In this document: positions 56,318 through 64,000 of the stretch, piece by piece | Position numbering within the stretch: position 1 is the stretch's first letter | How the letters are laid out: every line of letters starts with the position of its first letter | DNA from: Eledone cirrhosa | Lineage: Eukaryota | Reading direction: 5' to 3' | Length of the DNA stretch: 64,000 bases | NCBI GenBank assembly: GCA_964016885.1 | Contig: OZ024761.1 | Span: 16,430,001-16,494,000, forward strand | Notes under the pieces: generated by a model | Seen by the model: only the letters and a program-made list of their open reading frames with translations | Told to the model about the DNA's origin: nothing | The model's database searches: none | Made by a program: the position numbers and the translations under genes

Positions 56318-57159
56318 AATATTTGCTCTACGGTTCTTATATATTTGATATATATTTATCCTTATCGAGCCCTCTTTGGATTTTAGTCTTCAAATTTATT
56401 ATTATTGCTATATATATATATATATAATATATATATATATATATAGAGCATGCAAGTGTGTCTGATTTATACACGTATATAAATGAGACACACTTGTATG
56501 CTCCATGTGTAACTAACGCATACACTACCTACTAGACCTGACTATCAAACTATCCTCTTGCATTATCTGTGTTATCTGCCGAATGTATTTTAATTTTAAT
56601 TTTGAATTTGATTTTGAATTTGATTTTGAATTGCTGTACAAATATAGTATAGTATAATATATGTCACTCCACTGTACATCAATATATATATATATATATG
56701 TATCTGTATGTCTCTTGCGTTGGATAGGAGGTCAATTATATGTACAAACATTGAAAAATGCTCCGAAGACTCCAAGCCTAGGTTTGGATGAAACAATTGT
56801 AAGTGAATAAATGCTTTGAACATAACTTTGATTCTTGTGAATTCTATCATATATATATATATATATATAGCCTCTCACTGCCAAGAGTGTAATAATAATA
56901 TTACACATTTAGCAGGACTAAACCAGCCATTTGATCTAAGGTAACACCCCCACCCAGCCCCTCAATCACTGACGACCCCCGGGGAAAAGCAAAAAAAAAA
57001 AAAGACCTTTTAAGATATTTTTTTGCTTTGAGTGTCTGCCTATATATGGAGTGTACCCCTTGATAAGTTCAACTAGATTCCGACTATTCGAATACTGGCG
57101 CTTTAGTTTGGATCTAGCTGTGGAAACAACCGGAGCTCAGCCGTCAGATCCCTGAATCT

Positions 57160-57202
<43 letters not shown>

Positions 57203-57342
57203 TTGTATAAAGCTATGCTTGAAGCGAAATCTTATTTCTTTTTTATTATAAGTTGAGCCAACTTATGCAGCTTCATATGCAAATGAGATTAATCACCTCA
57301 TTTACACAGACGAGAAAAGTATATATTCTCAGCTGTCTTCTA

Positions 57343-57436
57343 GTCCAGCAGTCGCAAGCGGTGGGAGGGACCGTCCTGACGAAGGCCAGTTAAGCCTGAA
57401 ATGCATAGACGGTTGTCCCCCTTGCTTCTGCTGGAC
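57343..57436 (+). ncRNA. Type I minimal hammerhead ribozyme (Penelope-like-element type)
   Basis: Stem I ACCGTC/GACGGT; core CTGACGA (57376-57382); stem II AGGC-CAGTTAA-GCCT; GAAA (57398-57401); palindromic TGCA; TA with predicted cleavage after 57407. Distal pairing GTCCAGCAG/CTGCTGGAC and GCAAG/CTTGC. Confidence 0.8.
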
Positions 57437-57681
57437 ATCTATAGTACAACTAGTATGGAAGGACTGACAGACAGCTCTATAGTACAATAGTGGGATGGTG
57501 TAGTACTTAGAAGAATTTCAATCAATTGGAGGAATTTACAATATCCTTGACGCCCAGATGGTAACACTTAACTTCTTAAGTACTCCACACCCCCACTTCA
57601 GGATATAGGATCTTGCTTGACCTGTTAACAAACTTTCCTCCAACCATTACCACTCGGGACAGGTCTGAACAACTCTGGACT

Positions 57682-57939
57682 GATGCGAGCAACTCTGAAC
57701 AGATGCGAGCAACTCTGAACAGATGCGAGCAACTCTGAACAGATGCGAGCAACTCTGAACAGATGCGAGCAACTCTGAACAGATGCGAGCAACTCTGAAC
57801 AGATGCGAGCAACTCTGAACAGATGCGAGCAACTCTGAACAGATGCGAGCAACTCTGAACAGATGCGAGCAACTCTGAACAGATGCGAGCAACTCTGAAC
57901 AGATGCGAGCAACTCTGAACAGATGCGAGCAACTCTGAA
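57682..57939. repeat. 20-bp minisatellite, ~13 perfect copies (GATGCGAGCAACTCTGAACA)
   Basis: Direct inspection; no spacers. Confidence 0.95.
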
Positions 57940-58007
57940 GAACAGCCCTAGACATTCCAAAACATCCCAGGACATGAGCTAAATTAAAGAAACAATATCA
58001 AGTGTCA

Positions 58008-58220
<213 letters not shown>

Positions 58221-58300
58221 CTACACAGAAAGAAAAAGAAAGAAAGGTATAAGAAATAGGTTAACAAGTCAAACGAGCAACATTAATGCTCAATATTGGT

Positions 58301-59352
58301 TTAACCCTTTAGCATTTAAACCGGCCATATCCGGCCAGAATTCTCACCTCTTTCTGTTCCAACCGACCATAACCGGCCACTCATAATGATGTTACAGTAT
58401 TATTCTCAAAATAAATATCAAAATCATAGATTCGATATTATGTGAGAAAGCCTTTACCGTGAAAATACAATAGTATATATAGAGTAATGTAAATGTTATG
58501 CGAGATATTATGTGAGGTAAAGCCTTTACCGTGAAAATACAATAGTATATATAGAGTAATGTAAATGTTATGTGAGATATTATGTGAGGTAAAGCCTTTA
58601 CCGTGAAAATACAATAGTATATATAGAGTAATGTAAATGTTATACGAGATATTATGTGAGAAAGCCTTTACCGTGAAAATACAATAGTATATATAGAGTA
58701 ATGTAAATGTTATGCGAGATATTATGTGAGAAAGCCTTTACCGTGAAAATACAATAGTATATATAGAGTAATGTAAATGTTATGCGAGATATTATGTGAG
58801 GTAAAGCCTTTACCGTGAAAATACAATAGTATATATAGAGTAATGTAAATGTTATGCGAGATATTATGTGAGGTAAAGCCTTTACCGTGAAAATACAATA
58901 GTATATATAGAGTAATGTAAATGTTATGTGAGATATTATGTGAGGTAAAGCCTTTACCGTGAAAATACAATAGTATATATATAGAGTAATGTAAATGTTA
59001 TGCGAGATATGTGAGGTAAAGCCTTTACCGTGAAAATACAATAGTATATATAGAGTAATGTAAATGTTATGTGAGATATTATGTGAGGTAAAGCCTTTAC
59101 CGTGAAAATACAATAGTATATATAGAGTAATGTAAATGTTATGTGAGATATTATGTGAGAAAGCCTTTACCGTGAAAATACAATAGTATATATAGAGTAA
59201 TGTAAATGTTATGCGAGATATTATGTGAGGTAAAGCCTTTACCGTGAAAATACAATAGTATATATTGAGTAATGTAAATATTATGTGAGATAAAACCTTT
59301 ACCGTGAAAATACAATAGTATATATAGAGTAATGTAAATGCTAAAGGGTTAA
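58301..59352. mobile_element. piggyBac-type MITE containing ~13 copies of a ~70-72-bp minisatellite
   Basis: TTAA-CCCTTTAGCATTT (58301) ... AAATGCTAAAGGG-TTAA (59352). Unit AAAGCCTTTACCGTGAAAATACAATAGTATATATAGAGTAATGTAAATGTTATG(C/T)GAGATATTATGTGAG(GT). Confidence 0.88.
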
Positions 59353-59364
59353 CAAGCATTGTTG

Positions 59365-60000
59365 AAGGTGGTGGATTGGCAGTGTCAGTTGAGCATGGAA
59401 TAACATGCTTTATTGCAAAAAGCTACGGCCCTTTATGATCCGAGTTCAAATCCTGCCGAGGTTAGCTTTGCCTTACATCCTTACGGGATCAATAAAATAA
59501 AGTAAGACACTCTTGAAAACATACTAAGAGTGCATTATATTATTGGAAGAATTGGTAGAGCGTCGGACACCGTGCTTTGCAGCATAGAGTTACGGCTCTT
59601 TATGTTCTGAGTTCAAATCCCGCCGAGGTTAGCTTTGCCTTTCATCCTTACGGGGTTGATAAAATAAAGTACCAGTAACGCACTGGTGTTGATTTCATCA
59701 ACTTTCCCCTCCCTCTATAATTGTTGGCCTTGTGCCTACATCAGAAACTAATATTAATTTAACAAGCATTGTTGAGGACAGTGGATTGGCAGAAGCAGTA
59801 GAGCACCAGATAAAATGCCATTGCCTGTTTGTTCTGAGTTTGCTCTTTCCATTCTGAGTTCAAATCCCACTGAGGTTAACTTTGCCTTTCATCCTTCTGC
59901 GGTTGATAAAATAAAAGTACCAGTCAATTAATGGGGTTGATTTAAATCAACTTTGCCTTTCTCCCAAATTTGCTGGATTTGTGTCTAAATTAGAAATTAA
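59365..60000 (+). mobile_element. Three tandem tRNA-derived SINE copies
   Basis: Repeated GAGTTCAAATCC.GCCGAGGTTA.CTTTGCCTT.CATCCTT; same family as 53270-53875. Confidence 0.8.
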
Positions 60001-60109
60001 TATTCACATTGGAAGGGGCAGTGGAGTGTCGGACAACGTGCTTTATTGCAAAACATTTTTGCCGATGCTTTACTGATACTGCCGCTTCAACGCCCTAACC
60101 ATAATATTA

Positions 60110-60460
60110 TTAATTGTTTCTACTTTAGGCACAAGGCCAGCAATTTGAAGGGAGGTGAAGGGAAAATTTGATTAAATTGACAAAGTTAACCTCGGTGGGA
60201 TTTGAACTCAGACTGTAAGGGATGGTAACTCTATGCTGCAAAGCATGGTGTCCGACTCTCTACCAATAATTGTTTCTACTTTTGGCACAAGGCCAGCAAT
60301 TACCCAGTACATTACTGGTACTTTATTTTATCGACCCCGTAAGGATGAAAGGCAAAGTTAACCTCGCGGGATTTGAACTCGGACCGTAAAGGGACGTAAC
60401 TCTTTGCTGCAAAGCATGGCGTCCAACCCTCTACCGATACTGCTAATCCACTGCCCTAAC
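60110..60460 (-). mobile_element. Two tRNA-derived SINE copies, inverted relative to 59365-60000
   Basis: GGCACAAGGCCAGCAAT...GGATTTGAACTC motifs. Confidence 0.78.
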
Positions 60461-60461
60461 C

Positions 60462-60497
<36 letters not shown>

Positions 60498-60726
60498 TAC
60501 TGTGGTCAATATCAATTGATTATACTTCAGTTAGAAAATTTAGCTTAAGATCTGGCTAGCAGAAGAAATCAATACTACCAAAGTATTGATGATTTTAAAT
60601 AGCCTAGATATGTTTATATGTTCATAGAATATTGGACTTCATTTTCTTTGTGTATATATACACACACATATACACTAAATTTCTTCTTTATATATAATAT
60701 ATATATATCATCATCATCAAACTCAT

Positions 60727-60950
60727 TATCATCATCATCATCATCATCGTTTAACGTCCATCTTCCACGCTTGCATGGGTTTGGACGGGAGTTTTCCCAC
60801 TTGAGGCAAGAGTGGTTGTCTTGCTCGTATAGGACTGTCTGGCGGGTTTTCTACGGCTGGATGCCCTTCCTAACACCAACCACATTTACAGTGTGGAACT
60901 GGGAACTTTTTACCGTGTTACCTACACGGCCACATTACAGCGTGGACAGG
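60727..60950 (-). mobile_element. SINE 3' half with an RTE-type tail
   Basis: Reverse complement of ~46575-46790. Confidence 0.8.
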
Positions 60951-61401
60951 GTTTTTTTTCTTTTTTGTCGTGACACCTACACGACCTCTTTTGTTTCGGC
61001 CTGGATGTTGTGGAACCAACATAACTTCACATTGAAGGGGGTTGTGTGGACTGGGTGGGGGTAGTGGGACAGGGGTGTATTTTTGTTAGAGGTGCCTACT
61101 GACTGTAGGTTTCGCTTTGCACTTAGGCAAGGCGAGTCTTCTGTATTACTGTGTAGCGCCAAAGATCTCGGTCCAGTGACATTGTCTTGGAGAGGTGTAA
61201 GTGTGTGAGGTCGGAATTTATCAAGCCGTCCCAGGTTTATCTGGGTCTGCCTACTCCGTGGCTACCGTCTATTTTTATCGCCCTGCACCCTTTTATACAC
61301 CTGTCGTCTTTCATGCGCATCACCTGACCGTACCAACGTAGTCTTCTCATATATATACACATATACATAATTTACATAATACACATAATTTCTTTATATA
61401 G

Positions 61402-61503
<102 letters not shown>

Positions 61504-61568
61504 TTTATTCAAATTTCTTCTCTATATATAAAATATATATATATATATATATCTATCTATATATATAT

Positions 61569-62329
61569 CTAAAGCTGATCGTACTCCCATGTGCTTGTTT
61601 TTTCCTATCTTTGCGTTGCTATCCTTCTATGTTTGTTTACCTGTCTCGCTCGCTTTACGTGATTTACTTGTCCCAATAGCTTTATTTAGCTATTGCTCGC
61701 ACCAACTGGAGGTATATGATTTTTAAAGCGACGAAATACCAATGTAGGTTGAAAAATCACTGATGAACGACTATTTTTATCATATGTAACCCATGTGCAA
61801 CCACGCAGTATTCTTTCTTCATGTTTTTTATATATTTTTTCCCCAGCTGCGTTTATCTGTTTCTCTCTTACTGTTTCCCCGCTCTCTGTTTCGCCCCCCC
61901 CCCCCCTCTGTCAGTTACACTTTCTCTCAACTGGCCTCTTCCTCGTACTTCTACTCACTCACTCTGCTTCTCCCCTTCTTACTTCCTCCCGTTTGGACTG
62001 TAGTGGGGTCTTTTCCTGCTCACACCTCACTCGCGTCAGACGGTCTGTAGTCTCTTGCCCATGTAATCCACACAGCTAAAGCTGATCGAACTCCCATGTG
62101 CTTGTTTTTTTCCTATCTTTGCGTTGCTATCCTTCTATGTTTGTTTACTTGTCTCGCTCGCTTTACGCGATTTACTTTGTACAATAGCTGTATTTAGCTA
62201 TTGCTCGCACCACTGGAGGTATATGATCTTTAAAGCAATGAAATACCAATGTAGGTTGGAAAATCACTGATGAAGGACTATTATCATCATATGTAACCCA
62301 TGTGCAACCACGCAGTATTCTTTCTTCTC

Positions 62330-62337
<8 letters not shown>
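61569..62337 (+). mobile_element. ~260-bp direct repeat pair (61569-61830 and 62076-62337), resembling Penelope partial-tandem pLTR remnants
   Basis: CTAAAGCTGATCG.ACTCCCATGTGCTTG...CACTGATGAA.GACTATT is duplicated. CTGATGA is present but there is no complete hammerhead. Confidence 0.5.
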
Positions 62338-62381
<44 letters not shown>

Positions 62382-62454
62382 TATACATAATTTCTCTATA
62401 TAGAAATATACATATATATATATACACACACACAATTTCTTTATACAGAAATAT

Positions 62455-62571
62455 ACACGAAGTGGTGTTGAAACGTTCCCGGCTTTGGGTAACAGAAAGA
62501 ACAGGGATTATTTAATTATGATTTTATTGAACATATTCCCCACCCAGATTCATACACTTATTGCAGCGGTT
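62455..62571 (+). mobile_element. Mariner terminal fragment
   Basis: TACACGAAGTGGTGTTGAAACGTTCCCGGCTT...ATACACTTATTGCAGCG resembles mariner TIR/subterminal sequence. Confidence 0.5.
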
Positions 62572-62607
<36 letters not shown>

Positions 62608-62854
62608 AAGAGAGAGAAAGAGAGAGAAAGAGAGAGAGAGGCAAAGAAATTTACAGCTCACACTTATGCATCATAAGGGGGTATCTTGGGTGTTTTTATG
62701 ACAGGGTGCCCCAGTCCTCTCATGGTTAAACACACACAGAGACAGACAGACAGACACATACCAAGAAGCCAAGTGAAAGTCTGAATTATGAAAAAGATTC
62801 CACTTAGACTAAAGTAGTCGGGGAGGGGTATGTTTCAAAGGGATGTTTTAGGGG

Positions 62855-63022
62855 TCAAAGAGAGAGAGTAAGAAGAGAGAGAGAGAGTAAAGATATAGAT
62901 ATATATATAGAGAGAGAGAGGGAGAGAGGGAGATATAAAAAGTAGAGAGAGAGTGAGAGAGAGAGAGAGGGAGAGAGGGAGAGAGGGAGATATAAAAAGG
63001 AGATAGAGTAAAGAGAGAGTAA

Positions 63023-63095
<73 letters not shown>

Positions 63096-63655
63096 TAGAG
63101 AGAGATAGAGAGAGAGAGAGAGAATAGAAAAAAGAAGAGAGAGATAAGATAGAGAGAAAGAGCAAGAGCTTGGTTGACTGACTGACTGTGTGTCTGTCTG
63201 TCTGTCTCTTGTTTTTAAGGCAGAGGCTAGGGGTTGAGAGTGGGGTGTGGTGGGGTGCTAAGACTGCCATATTACTGCTGCTGCCACTACTACTACTACT
63301 GCAACCAACACCACTCTGCATTAATACCTCCACATAAAGGGGAGGTAACTACTAAAAACAACTAGGTTAGTCTGATATTAAGCAACATACCAGATGAGAG
63401 AGAGAGGGAGGGGGCAGAGAGGGGGGGAGATGAGGAAGAGAAAGAGAGAGAGGGGAAAGCGAAGGGATAGAGAAAGTGAATAGATAAAGGGGAAGGAGGG
63501 GAAAGAAAGTGGAGAGAGGAGAGAGTGAACAGAAAGAGAGAAGAGCAAAAAGAGTGAAGGGTGGGGAGAAAAATAGAGGGAGAGGAGTGAAGGAGTGGGG
63601 AAAGAAATAGAGGGAAAGGAGTGAAGGAGTGGGGAGAGTGTGAGAGAGAGAGGAC
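62855..63655. repeat. GA/purine-rich low-complexity tracts
   Basis: Direct inspection. Confidence 0.85.
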
Positions 63656-64000
63656 AGTCAAGACTTTTTACTTCTTGAGGGAGTGAGACATTTAATTTGA
63701 CAGACATTCCTGAGTTACTCGCCAAACTAATATCACTGGTATTGAGTACTATAAGGGTTGGTTTGATGAGTAACTAAGTGGTTTTAGGGTTCAGTCATAC
63801 CATGTGGTTCTTCGAGTGTCAGCTACGATAGAGGTTGTCAATGTGAGACTCTCATATGCAGGAAATAACTGTAATTAACAATGTAGGAGTACATTTTCTG
63901 GGATGTAACACCACCCCAGGGGCAGGCCACCTTGTGGTCCAAGTGGACAGACCGGAGAAATTGTTGGAGAACATTTTCAAGTATATAGCACCCCAGGAGC

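Overview
AT-rich, microsatellite-dense animal genomic DNA. The SINE/LINE/Penelope repertoire and the very long TA/TACA tracts resemble an octopus-type (coleoid cephalopod) genome; this is an inference. (1) 1-30120 is a near-identical ~6.3-kb tandem array (repeat phase points at 1, 6294, 12595, 18893 and 25202; the last unit is diverged and deleted). It is built from decayed Ty3/Gypsy gag-protease-RT fragments, DNA-transposon ends, a long fold-back palindrome and a tRNA-like segment. (2) 30120-47100 consists of very long TA/TACA microsatellites packed with non-LTR retroelements: an RTE LINE, a Dong/R4-type endonuclease fragment, a CR1-like LINE and seven pieces of a ~610-bp bipartite RTE-derived element. 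(3) 52099-58220 holds three minus-strand coding exons of Cdc42; the first coding exon was not found and probably lies beyond the window. The Cdc42 introns contain duplicated splice sites, SINEs, a piggyBac MITE with a minisatellite, and Penelope remnants including an apparently intact type I hammerhead ribozyme. No prokaryotic-type system (CRISPR etc.) is present, and most ORF-track entries are microsatellite artefacts. The best leads are the in-frame-variable ORF in the macrosatellite, the duplicated Cdc42 splice sites, the hammerhead and the microsatellite-associated RTE derivative.
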